Positions 11,133 to 19,912 of a DNA stretch of 64,000 nt are shown one piece after another. This DNA is from Candidatus Hydrogenedentota bacterium (lineage in GTDB: Bacteria > Hydrogenedentota > Hydrogenedentia > Hydrogenedentales > GCA-2746185), in assembly GCA_046583315.1 (NCBI GenBank), contig JAYGCN010000011.1:28562-92561 (forward strand), read 5' to 3'. The position numbers and the translations under genes were made by a program. Within the stretch, counting starts at the first letter, position 1, and every line of letters starts with the position of its first letter. Below the pieces are notes generated by a model, which searched no databases, was not told where the DNA came from, and was given only the letters and a program-made list of their open reading frames with translations.

Positions 11133-11803
11133 GCTTCGAGTAACGCGGAAATAAACTCGTCTGGTCCGAGTGGTAGAATATGATGCAGATCGTGCATCAA
11201 CGCGTGCGGTGCCCTTGGAAAGCCATACTCAATCGTAAATCCCGACGGATGCACAACCACCTGCCCATCGATCGCCGGCAACGGCAGCGTGCAACTCGAA
11301 AAATCATGTGGATAATCGATCTCGATATCCCTTTCCTCAAAGGTATCGATCAGATTCTCAATCGACACCACCCGATTCGCCTGATACCGCGTCTCCTGAT
11401 ACTGCTCCCCGAAGCCCAGACTCAGCTCGCCGTCCATGATGATTTCTGCTGAAGTAATCTCCGATATCTCCCGCGTCCATTGCACATGCGAGGGCGACTC
11501 CGGGTCCAAGGCAATCGTCAGCCGATACGCGAAGGTCGGCGTGTTCACGTACGCCATATTCCCGTCCAGTCCCGCCACGATATCCTTACGCTTATAATTC
11601 AGCGTCTTGCGCAGGTGACGCGCCGTATCGTCGATATCGGTCTCTAGTTCCTTCTCCGCAATCTTCGCAATCCACGCGTTATGGTAATCGTCCACACGCT
11701 GTGGCACGCTGTGATGCTTCTCAAATCCGCTCAGCCGTTTCACGATGCTGCGATCCGTCCCGCACAGGGAAATCAGCGCAAGATGCTCTGGACTCAGCTC
11801 CAT
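11129..11803 (-). CDS. Hypothetical protein resembling the C-terminal domain of planctomycete caspase-family proteins
   Basis: Clean 224-aa ORF abutting the radical SAM gene; LSGFEKHHSVP...YKRKD...TPTFAY...WTREI pattern recalled from such proteins. Confidence 0.6.
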   Translation of the reverse strand: MELSPEHLALISLCGTDRSIVKRLSGFEKHHSVPQRVDDYHNAWIAKIAEKELETDIDDTARHLRKTLNYKRKDIVAGLDGNMAYVNTPTFAYRLTIALDPESPSHVQWTREISEITSAEIIMDGELSLGFGEQYQETRYQANRVVSIENLIDTFEERDIEIDYPHDFSSCTLPLPAIDGQVVVHPSGFTIEYGFPRAPHALMHDLHHILPLGPDEFISALLEA

Positions 11804-11805
11804 CG

Positions 11806-12777
11806 TCAGCCCTTCACCGGCGAAACGATTCGTTCAAAATGTTTGCCCTGATAACTCTCCCGCGCCTCCAGCTCCCAATCAATCGCGTTCAACACTTCCC
11901 ATTTTTTCAGCGACCACTCCGGCCCGATCAACAATTTCGGCGGCCCATCCCCGGTCAACCGATGAATAATCATCTCCGGCGGCAACACCTCCAGCTGATC
12001 ACACACCGTGCGAATGTATTCATCCTTCTCCATCAGCGTCAGCAAGCCATCTTCATACTGCTTCACCATCGCCGTATTCTTCAGCAGATGCAAGAGATGA
12101 ATCTTGATGCCCTGCACGTCATGCTCAGCCACCACCCGCGCCGTCTCCATCATCATGTCATGCGTTTCCAGCGGCAAGCCATCAATAATATGCACGCACG
12201 TCCGAATTCCGTGTTTGCGAAGTTTATCCACGCCGTCACTAAAACATTCCAGGTCATGCGCGCGATTAATCAGGTCCGAAGTCTTCTGATGCACCGTCTG
12301 CAAGCCCAACTCCACCCACAAATGCGTGCGCTCATTCAGTTCCGCGAGGTACTCCACCACATCCTCCGGCAAACAATCCGGACGCGTCGCAATCGCAAGC
12401 CCCACCACATCGTCCTGCTCCAGAATCACCTCAAACTTCTCACGCAACTCCGCCACCGGCGCATACGTATTCGAAAAGGCCTGAAAATAACCCAGATACT
12501 TGCCCTTCGGCCACTTCTTATGCATCCGCGCCTTCACATTCGCGAACTGCGCAGCCAGGTCATCCCGACGATGTCCCGCGAAATCCCCAGAACCCCGCTG
12601 CGAACAAAACGTACACCCACGCGCCGCCACCGACCCATCCCGATTCGGACACGTGAACCCCCCGTCAATCGCCACCTTAAACACCTTCTCCCCAAACTCA
12701 GAACGAAGATGATGATTCCAAGTCCGATAAAGCTTCGGACCAAAATCAGAATATGCAGAAGTATCAGGAACAGACAT
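11806..12777 (-). CDS. TIGR01212 family radical SAM protein (YhcC/YtqA-like)
   Basis: GFTCPNRDG...GCTFC, YFQAFSNTY, IATRPDCL, ELGLQT, IHRLTGD. Confidence 0.93.
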   Translation of the reverse strand: MSVPDTSAYSDFGPKLYRTWNHHLRSEFGEKVFKVAIDGGFTCPNRDGSVAARGCTFCSQRGSGDFAGHRRDDLAAQFANVKARMHKKWPKGKYLGYFQAFSNTYAPVAELREKFEVILEQDDVVGLAIATRPDCLPEDVVEYLAELNERTHLWVELGLQTVHQKTSDLINRAHDLECFSDGVDKLRKHGIRTCVHIIDGLPLETHDMMMETARVVAEHDVQGIKIHLLHLLKNTAMVKQYEDGLLTLMEKDEYIRTVCDQLEVLPPEMIIHRLTGDGPPKLLIGPEWSLKKWEVLNAIDWELEARESYQGKHFERIVSPVKG

Positions 12778-12805
12778 GGAATCACCAAAAGTAAAGGACC
12801 ACAAA

Positions 12806-12835
12806 CCACAGATTAACACAGAGTTACACAGATTG
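12806..12835 (+). repeat. 3 x 10-bp tandem repeat
   Basis: CCACAGATTA ACACAGAGTT ACACAGATTG. Confidence 0.7.
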
Positions 12836-12857
12836 AGAAACCAGCCACCCCACAACC

Positions 12858-12902
12858 CGTCATTGCGAGGAGGTGTGCCTCGCACATCGACGCGGCAATC
12901 TC
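12858..12902 (+). repeat. GTCATTGCGAG-type REP-like palindromic element
   Basis: CGTCATTGCGAGGA-GGTGTGC-CTC-GCACATC-GACGCGGCAATCTC; outer ATTGC/GCAAT arms with an inner hairpin. Confidence 0.65.
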
Positions 12903-13012
12903 GCGCTGAACGACCACCAATGCTCCAGACATCGATCTTAGAAGGATACTATTGCTATAAGTGGCCTAGCTCCGGCAAAATACTTTATACCAAAAATGGA
13001 GGTTTACTAAGC

Positions 13013-13982
13013 TTGGGACTCACTAAAAAAGAAAATCATCAGGGAGTGCTTTGTATAGGGCTGGATATTGCGTGGTTCGGTGGTTCGAAGAGTTCCCGGG
13101 ATTCGCAATATGACTGCCTTGCATCCGCTCTAATTAAGGAGGATAACCCTTCACCGGCTCTCACGCTCACGCGAGTACGCTTGCTGAATCGAGACCCGGA
13201 TGCTTCACCTATTCTTCAAGCTATCAAGACGCTACTAAGTAAGTCCGGGAGTGTGAAACATGTCGTTTTTGCCATAGATGCTCCGATTCAAGCGGTCGAC
13301 CGCCCGTCACTACCACCGCGCGCTCCTCGGCTGGTGAAGGGGTGCGTACAGAGACGGGACTCCGATAAAGAACTGAGTAACAAGCGAAAGGCCATCGACA
13401 AGCTCGCTGGTGGTAGCAAGAACTGGCATCCCAACCCAACCGGGGGCACCTCTCGCTCCGCGAGTGCAGACAATGTTAAACGGGCTAGAAACTCTTGATT
13501 TCAAGCGATGGACAGAATCGGATCGAGACCACGCGCGTCTTGCGTTGGAGTGTTTTCCCGCTGAAGCCATCTGGGCCATGAAGCGACTTGGGCAATACCC
13601 CGAAAATCTATCAGCATCTGAAGTAAAAGAGTACAAGAAACAAAAAGGGAGTCGTATTTCCGCTTTGCAAGTGGAAATACTCGTGCACCGTGTTCTGGAT
13701 GAGTTTTCTTCGTGTTCTGTTTACTGGGATAGCCTCGTCGAGCAGGCGGTGAAACAGATGCTCGCGAGCGAGACCTTCTGAGTTGGAGATCACTATCGTG
13801 GAGGTAAGCTCTTGGATGATGTCGTCGATAGCATGATATGTCTCGCCACAGCATTTAGTTATATCTCTGGAAATTCGCACATATGGCAAGATCCGCATAA
13901 TCCAGATGATGGGCATATTATTGGTCCAGGAATGCCCGACGGCGACGACAAATGGACGACCACGTCATCCCGGCTCGGATAA
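13013..13982 (+). pseudogene. DUF429 family (RNase H-like predicted nuclease), frameshift near 13435 and in-frame TGA at 13779
   Basis: N-terminal IGLDIAW and FAIDAP, middle LECFPAEA, C-terminal LDDVVDSMICLATA...DDGHIIGP spread over two frames; GGAGG before TTG 13013. Confidence 0.75.
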
Positions 13983-14002
13983 GCTCCGTCCCGGCATTAC
14001 TT

Positions 14003-15412
14003 CTACGCCAGAATATCGTGCAGGACTTCCCCGTGGACATCGGTCAGGCGCATGTCTCGGCCGCTGTAGTAGTAGGTGAGGCGGGTGTGGTCGAAGCCGA
14101 TCTGGTGGAGCATCGTCGCGTGAAGATCGTGGATTTCGACTTTGTTTTCGACGACTTTGTAGCCGTATTCGTCCGTCGCGCCGTAGCTGTAGCCACCTTT
14201 CATGCCGCCGCCGGCCATCCACGTCGTGAAGCCGTAGGGGTTGTGGTCGCGACCGTTCGTTCCCTGCGCGAAAGGCGTGCGTCCGAATTCACCAGAGAAT
14301 ACAACCAGGGTTTCATCCAACATGCCGCGACTTTTCAGATCTTTCAGTAACCCTGCGATCGGTTGGTCAACGGCTTTCGCGTTGTTCGTGTGATTTTCTT
14401 TAAGACCACCATGCGCATCCCAGCGATCCGAACCTTTGATCGACGAGCAGGTCAGCTCCACAAAACGCACGCCTCGCTCAACCAGGCGTCGTGCCACCAA
14501 ACACTGCATCGCGTAACTCTTGGTCTGCGGATACTCGTCGTTCAAACCGTACAACTCTTTCGTCGCGTCAGTCTCACCCGAAATATCCATCAACTCCGGC
14601 ACAGCGGACTGCATCCGGTACGCCAACTCATAATTCTTGACGGCACTTTCCAGCGCATCATGCTCACCCATACGCGCCATCACTTCATCGTCCAATGCTC
14701 CCAATAACGCGAGCTTATTCTTCTGCAACTCGGCGTTCGCTTCCAGCGGATTGATATTCGGCACTGCGGGATCCTGAGCTTGCATGACCGACCCCTGGAA
14801 ACTCGCGGGCAGGAATCCCGATCCAAAATTGTCCACGCCACCCGAAGGAATCAGCCCACCGTTCAGCACGACATACCCCGGAAGATTCTCCGACGCCGCC
14901 CCCAGCCCGTACGACGTCCACGCGCCCATGCTGGGACGACCCGACAAGCCATGACCCGTATGCAAAAAATAATTCGCCTGATTGTGCTCAGAAAACTTCG
15001 AGGTCATGGAGTGGATAAAGGTGATGTCGTCCACGCACGAACCGATATGCGGAAACAGATCGCTGACCTGTTTCCCACATTCGCCATACCGCTTGAAATC
15101 CCAGAGGTTTCCCAGCGTGTTCCCGTTATTGTCAAACTGCGTCGGCTCCATTTTCATCTTGAACGGTGTGCCGTCTTCTTCACGAAGCCGGGGTTTCGGA
15201 TCAAAGCTGTCCACATGCGACACGCCCCCGTCCATGTACAGGAAAATGATGCTTTTCGCTTTTGGGGCATGGTGATAGGGCCCGGTGGCCCCGAAGGCTT
15301 TATCGCCCAGCAAACTCGACAGTGCAAGCCCGCCGAATCCCAGCGCACTGGTTTTCAGCATATCGCGCCGCGTCAATGGCATATCTCGAAATCGTCCGCA
15401 ATGATGACTCAT
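14003..15412 (-). CDS. DUF1501 domain protein (sulfatase-like fold, Tat signal)
   Basis: TRRDML Tat motif, YMDGGVSHVDSFDPKP, WDAHG, GEFGRTP, RDHNP, HDLHAT. Confidence 0.92.
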   Translation of the reverse strand: MSHHCGRFRDMPLTRRDMLKTSALGFGGLALSSLLGDKAFGATGPYHHAPKAKSIIFLYMDGGVSHVDSFDPKPRLREEDGTPFKMKMEPTQFDNNGNTLGNLWDFKRYGECGKQVSDLFPHIGSCVDDITFIHSMTSKFSEHNQANYFLHTGHGLSGRPSMGAWTSYGLGAASENLPGYVVLNGGLIPSGGVDNFGSGFLPASFQGSVMQAQDPAVPNINPLEANAELQKNKLALLGALDDEVMARMGEHDALESAVKNYELAYRMQSAVPELMDISGETDATKELYGLNDEYPQTKSYAMQCLVARRLVERGVRFVELTCSSIKGSDRWDAHGGLKENHTNNAKAVDQPIAGLLKDLKSRGMLDETLVVFSGEFGRTPFAQGTNGRDHNPYGFTTWMAGGGMKGGYSYGATDEYGYKVVENKVEIHDLHATMLHQIGFDHTRLTYYYSGRDMRLTDVHGEVLHDILA

Positions 15413-15446
15413 TATTCAAACTCCATAACGACCTAGGGGCGACCCC

Positions 15447-18400
15447 TTAGCCAATGTAAATAAATTCCTTGGACATATACAGCACCTGACACAGATCTTT
15501 CCAGAGGTCGGTATTGTTCAAAACGTCATCTTCACTCAATTGATACGCCTCGGCCTGTTGCGCCAAGAATTGATTCACAGTCGAAAGCTCGACATCGGAG
15601 GCTGCACGCCCGAACGCGCTCATGTAGGCTGTGTTCACACGATCATTTATCGACGCTGGATGCGCCTCCATCAGCGATTTCGCCCACGCTTCGGCCTGCG
15701 CAACAATAAAGGGATCGTTCATCATAATGAGTGACTGTGCAGGCACGTTGGACACCGTGCGTTTGCCGATCGTGGTGTCCGGCAGCGGCATATCGAAGGC
15801 GAGCATCATCGGCGACAAAAAGTTTCGCTGCACACGCATGTAGATCGAACGGCGCCGATCGGCATCCACCGGCCCAGATTCGCCGGGTCGACGGTGATTG
15901 GTCATAAAAGGATAGAGGTGCGCCGCGACGGAATTTCCGTACATGGTATCGTTGAGCTCGCCCGCAACGGCCAACACGGCATCGCGAATAATTTCCCCTT
16001 CGAGTCGACGCACATTTTGCCGATGAAGCAGGAAATTCGCGGGGTCCTTTTCTTCGGCAGCGGCATCGCTGAGGCCACTCGACATGGCGTAGGCTTCGGA
16101 TGTAACGATGAGGCGAATCGTGTCCTTGATGGACCAGCCATCGTCGCGGAATTGGGTCGCGAGATAGTCGAGCAACTCGGGATGCGTCGGTGTACGACCC
16201 AATACGCCGAAGTTGTCCACCGATTCGACGATGCCTCTGCCGAACAGATGGTGCCAGAGGCGATTGACCATGACCCGCGCGGTCAGGGGATTATTTTTGT
16301 CGAGGATCTGGTCTGCGAGTTGGAGTCTGCCTTCATTCATTTCTTCGGGTTTGGGTGCGTTGCCGCCGAGGGCTTCGAGGAATCGTCCGGGTGTTGTGTC
16401 GCCGGGGGAAGTGTGATTTCCGCGTACGAATACGTGTGCGTCTTGGGAGTAGCCTTTGGCCATGGCGAGAACGATGATGGGTTCTGGTATTTCGGCAGCT
16501 TGATCGGCGATTTTACGTTTGATGTTGAGGTATTTTTTGTCGAACTTCTTTCGCCCGATAAGGTCTTTTTCGAGAAGGAAATTTAGGTATCCGGTGGTAA
16601 GTGTGTCGGTGGATTGATCTTTCCAGTTGGCGAATCCTTTTTTCGCCCAGTTGGCGTATGCGTTGATGAGGTCGTCGTAGTCTTCGATCGATCCACCGTT
16701 TTTTTCGAGTACTTGCTTCGTTTTGAGTGGGACGGCTTTTTGGTTTGTGAACCGAATTTCGTCTACGGCTATCCATCCGTCGCCATCATCGATGATTTCG
16801 ATGTAGGCTTGTTTACCTTTGAATTTATGTAGGTTTGCGATCTGGGTTTCCCAGGCGTAGGTGGAGTTGTTGTTGATGGTGGAGAGTGAACCGTTGAAGA
16901 GGAGTCCGTTGAATTCGCGGATCTGGTATTGGTTGATGACGAGGCGCAATTTACCTTTTCGGCCTGCTGTACGGTATTGGAGTCCGTCGTGGGTGATGGT
17001 GAAGTTGGGTGATCGTAGTACGCCGCGAAGTTTGGCTGAGGTTCGTGCGCTGTGTACGACGCCTTCGGGGATGAGTGTTGTGCTGTTGGATGCTGTGGAG
17101 AATTCGGGTTGGGTGGTAGGGGCTTCTCCGAAGGCTTCTCCGGTGGCGGTCCAGTTTTCGAATGTGCCGTCGTTAAAGGTAGCGAAGACGACGGATTCGG
17201 GTTGTTCTTTGGCTTTGGGTATTGATTTTCCGGAGGCCATGCGTGCCCATGGGTAGAAGGGGTGGTTTGGATTCGCTGTGCGTTTGTGTGCAAGGGCGTT
17301 GACCCAGCGTTTGGTTGTGTCGTAGTCGAGATTGCATTTTTTTGCGGTATCGATTATCTTTTGGTCGGGGATTTCGATTTTTTCTGCGCTGATATCGAAG
17401 TCTTCTCCGACGATTTCTTTGAGTGCGAGCAGGTAGTCTTTGATGTCGGGGGCGGACTTGGCGAGGGTTGGGACGGCTTTGTTGATGGTCTTGATGGCGT
17501 CGGCTTGCTGTTTAGCGAGGGTGTTGGATTTGGATTTTATTTTGTCGAATTGATCGAGGAATGCGAATTGCTGGCGTGATGAGCGGATGTAGCTGGTCAT
17601 GGAGTAGTAGTCTTTGGTGGAGATGGCGTCGAATTTGTGGTCGTGGCAGCGTGCACACGCGACGGTCATACCGAGGAAGGCTTTGCCAAGTACGTCGATT
17701 TGGTTATCGATGCGGTCGGCTTCATCTTTGACGACGTCCACGGGCGCGTGGGTGGCCTGATGCATGAACCACCAGCCGGTACCGACTATCGATTCGTTAA
17801 ATCCCTCTTCTTTGTTCATGCGCGGGTTGCCGAGCAAATCGCCCGCAATCTGTTCGCGCACAAATTCGTCGTAGGGCAAATCCTGATTCAAGGCCCGGAT
17901 GACATAGTCTCGATATTGCCACGCGTGCCGAATCGGATAGTCGCCTTCATGACCGTAGGTTTCCGCATAACGTGTGATGTCCAGCCAGTGACGACCCCAG
18001 CGTTCCCCGAATGCCGGATTCGCAAGCAACTTATCAACAATGTTGGCGTAGGCATCGGACGAGGAATCGTTTGCGAAGGCTTCAACCGCCCCAGGTGTTG
18101 GCGGCAGTCCGATCAGATCAAAATGAATCCGGCGAATCAGCGTACGTTTTTCGGCACGCGATGCAGGATTGAGTCCCTCGGCTTCAAGTGCGGCCCGGAC
18201 GAATCCGTCAACCGGGTTTTTGTTCCAGGCGGAATCGGAAACCTTGGGGACCGCCGGGCTGGTGATCGGTTGCCAGGCCCAGTGGGATTTCGCACGCCTT
18301 TCCAAATCAAACGTGTCTTTTTCGATGCTTTCAGCGGGAAGCGGTTCATCGGGCCACGGAGCGCCCATCGCGATCCAATTCGTGAGCTTGTCGATTTCCT

Positions 18401-18734
18401 CGTCGCTCAGTTTTTTCTTCGGCGGCATCTGAAAATCAGGATCAGACCAGTTGATGGCCTCAACGATGTTACTGTCCTCCGGTTTTCCGGCGACCAGTGC
18501 CGCACCGTATTCTCCACCGATGAGGATAGTCGTAATATGGTCGAGCCGCAGGTCGCTCTCTTGTTCTTCGGGACCATGACACTCGTAACAACGTTCGGCA
18601 AGAATCGGGCGAATGACGGTCTCGAAATACGCGATGTCTGCATCGGTGGCCGCGAGACTAACTGAAGAAAGGGACAAGGCCAGAAGACCCAGAAGAGACG
18701 GGATTCGGCACGGCCGAAGAAATACGCTAAACAC
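15447..18734 (-). CDS. Planctomycete cytochrome C / DUF1549 / DUF1553 (PSD1) domain protein
   Basis: CYECH and CARCH heme motifs, WIAMGAPWP, GERWGRHWLD, ARVMVNRLWHHLFGRGIV, PTHPELLDYLA; GTG start after GGAGG. Confidence 0.92.
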   Translation of the reverse strand: MFSVFLRPCRIPSLLGLLALSLSSVSLAATDADIAYFETVIRPILAERCYECHGPEEQESDLRLDHITTILIGGEYGAALVAGKPEDSNIVEAINWSDPDFQMPPKKKLSDEEIDKLTNWIAMGAPWPDEPLPAESIEKDTFDLERRAKSHWAWQPITSPAVPKVSDSAWNKNPVDGFVRAALEAEGLNPASRAEKRTLIRRIHFDLIGLPPTPGAVEAFANDSSSDAYANIVDKLLANPAFGERWGRHWLDITRYAETYGHEGDYPIRHAWQYRDYVIRALNQDLPYDEFVREQIAGDLLGNPRMNKEEGFNESIVGTGWWFMHQATHAPVDVVKDEADRIDNQIDVLGKAFLGMTVACARCHDHKFDAISTKDYYSMTSYIRSSRQQFAFLDQFDKIKSKSNTLAKQQADAIKTINKAVPTLAKSAPDIKDYLLALKEIVGEDFDISAEKIEIPDQKIIDTAKKCNLDYDTTKRWVNALAHKRTANPNHPFYPWARMASGKSIPKAKEQPESVVFATFNDGTFENWTATGEAFGEAPTTQPEFSTASNSTTLIPEGVVHSARTSAKLRGVLRSPNFTITHDGLQYRTAGRKGKLRLVINQYQIREFNGLLFNGSLSTINNNSTYAWETQIANLHKFKGKQAYIEIIDDGDGWIAVDEIRFTNQKAVPLKTKQVLEKNGGSIEDYDDLINAYANWAKKGFANWKDQSTDTLTTGYLNFLLEKDLIGRKKFDKKYLNIKRKIADQAAEIPEPIIVLAMAKGYSQDAHVFVRGNHTSPGDTTPGRFLEALGGNAPKPEEMNEGRLQLADQILDKNNPLTARVMVNRLWHHLFGRGIVESVDNFGVLGRTPTHPELLDYLATQFRDDGWSIKDTIRLIVTSEAYAMSSGLSDAAAEEKDPANFLLHRQNVRRLEGEIIRDAVLAVAGELNDTMYGNSVAAHLYPFMTNHRRPGESGPVDADRRRSIYMRVQRNFLSPMMLAFDMPLPDTTIGKRTVSNVPAQSLIMMNDPFIVAQAEAWAKSLMEAHPASINDRVNTAYMSAFGRAASDVELSTVNQFLAQQAEAYQLSEDDVLNNTDLWKDLCQVLYMSKEFIYIG

Positions 18735-18816
18735 GATGACACCTCCAAAAAGAAACACAGGAATCGGGATAACTCCCGATTCCTGTGCGGAACTTATCGG
18801 CTGTATTGTATACGAC

Positions 18817-19761
18817 TTACTGCACAATCTCAAAGGTCGTGGACCATTTCTGATCGCCCCAGAACATGTCGAGATTCGCATTATCCCCGTCTTGCTCCAT
18901 TTCAACACGATACGTTTCAGCGGGATCGCCTTCAACGGTTGAAACCGTCATGGGAACTTCATACTCATCGAATTCCGCATTGTGGCGCGAGCCCCAAATA
19001 TCAGGTTGGCTGTTGAATACGAGGCTCCATCCGCCAGCAACTTTCTTGAGCCACACGCTGTACACACCCGGATAATCCGGCGCGAAATTTTCTTTCTTGA
19101 TGGTAGTGTCGCCGTGGGTCAAATCAAATTCGGTATAGATTTTCATGGCACGGTGCAAGGTAAACTGAAAAATTTCGCCGTCTTTGGTGTTCTGCAACTG
19201 ATCCCACTCCACGGAATCTCTTTCCAATCCAGAGAATGCCAAACGAACCGTCTTCTTACCCACGCGAATTTGCGCCTCGGTCGGTGCGCGGCGTTTGCCC
19301 TGCACCGAATCCAGTTCCACTTGAGTCAACGGTTCGCCTGTCAACGGAGATTCAAAGAAGCCACCCGGATTCTTGACGACTCCATAGATGACGTTCTCAT
19401 CATCAAATTGAAGTTTCATATTGATCTCAACCTTGATACTGCCCATAAACAGCAACTCGCCATCCAATTCAATGCCGTTTTCCGTTTTGGCCATTGAGGC
19501 AAAGGCGCGAGGCTCCGGGTTGCCCTCCATATCCAGGGTGGCGCCCAGTTTGCCTTCAACCTCGGCAATGTTGAGGAAGAGAATGAACTCACGATCCATG
19601 ATTTCTGTGGTGACTTTCCAAAGCCCCACCCAATCCTCGACACCGGAGACACTCAACTCGGTAGCGACAGGATCTTCGGCCTGCGCCTGGGGCGCAAAGG
19701 TTAATACGGTCACAGCCATGACCACGCACGCGAGACTAGAAATTGACTTGAATACTTTCAC
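18817..19761 (-). CDS. Secreted protein with C-terminal DUF2911-like domain
   Basis: Signal peptide ending AQA; C-terminal PGVYSVW...WSLVFNSQPDIWG...MFWG. Confidence 0.7.
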   Translation of the reverse strand: MKVFKSISSLACVVMAVTVLTFAPQAQAEDPVATELSVSGVEDWVGLWKVTTEIMDREFILFLNIAEVEGKLGATLDMEGNPEPRAFASMAKTENGIELDGELLFMGSIKVEINMKLQFDDENVIYGVVKNPGGFFESPLTGEPLTQVELDSVQGKRRAPTEAQIRVGKKTVRLAFSGLERDSVEWDQLQNTKDGEIFQFTLHRAMKIYTEFDLTHGDTTIKKENFAPDYPGVYSVWLKKVAGGWSLVFNSQPDIWGSRHNAEFDEYEVPMTVSTVEGDPAETYRVEMEQDGDNANLDMFWGDQKWSTTFEIVQ

Positions 19762-19844
19762 GGGGTTGAACTCCTTTGATAGAACACCGCGCCCTTCCCA
19801 GATTGCTGCGCGACGCTCTTTTAACTACACTAAATCAGGACGAA

Positions 19845-19885
19845 AAATCTAAACGGGGGAATTCGGCCTGGCCGAATTCCCCCGT
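19845..19885 (-). terminator. Intrinsic terminator of the monooxygenase gene
   Basis: ACGGGGGAATTCGGCC-T-GGCCGAATTCCCCCGT inverted repeat with a T-rich tail on the minus strand. Confidence 0.8.
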
Positions 19886-19912
19886 AAGGTTACACTAATT
19901 CAGACCCAATAA

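Noticed and set aside
11701..12816. 371-aa plus-strand ORF and similar long antisense ORFs (1950-2810, 17637-18665, 20210-21103)
   Set aside because: Shadow frames of well-supported genes, kept open by codon bias; no recognisable motifs
16280..17760. Replication origin/terminus or a physical inversion as cause of the skew flip
   Set aside because: The tract is short, skew reverts on both sides, and the reading frame runs through it unbroken
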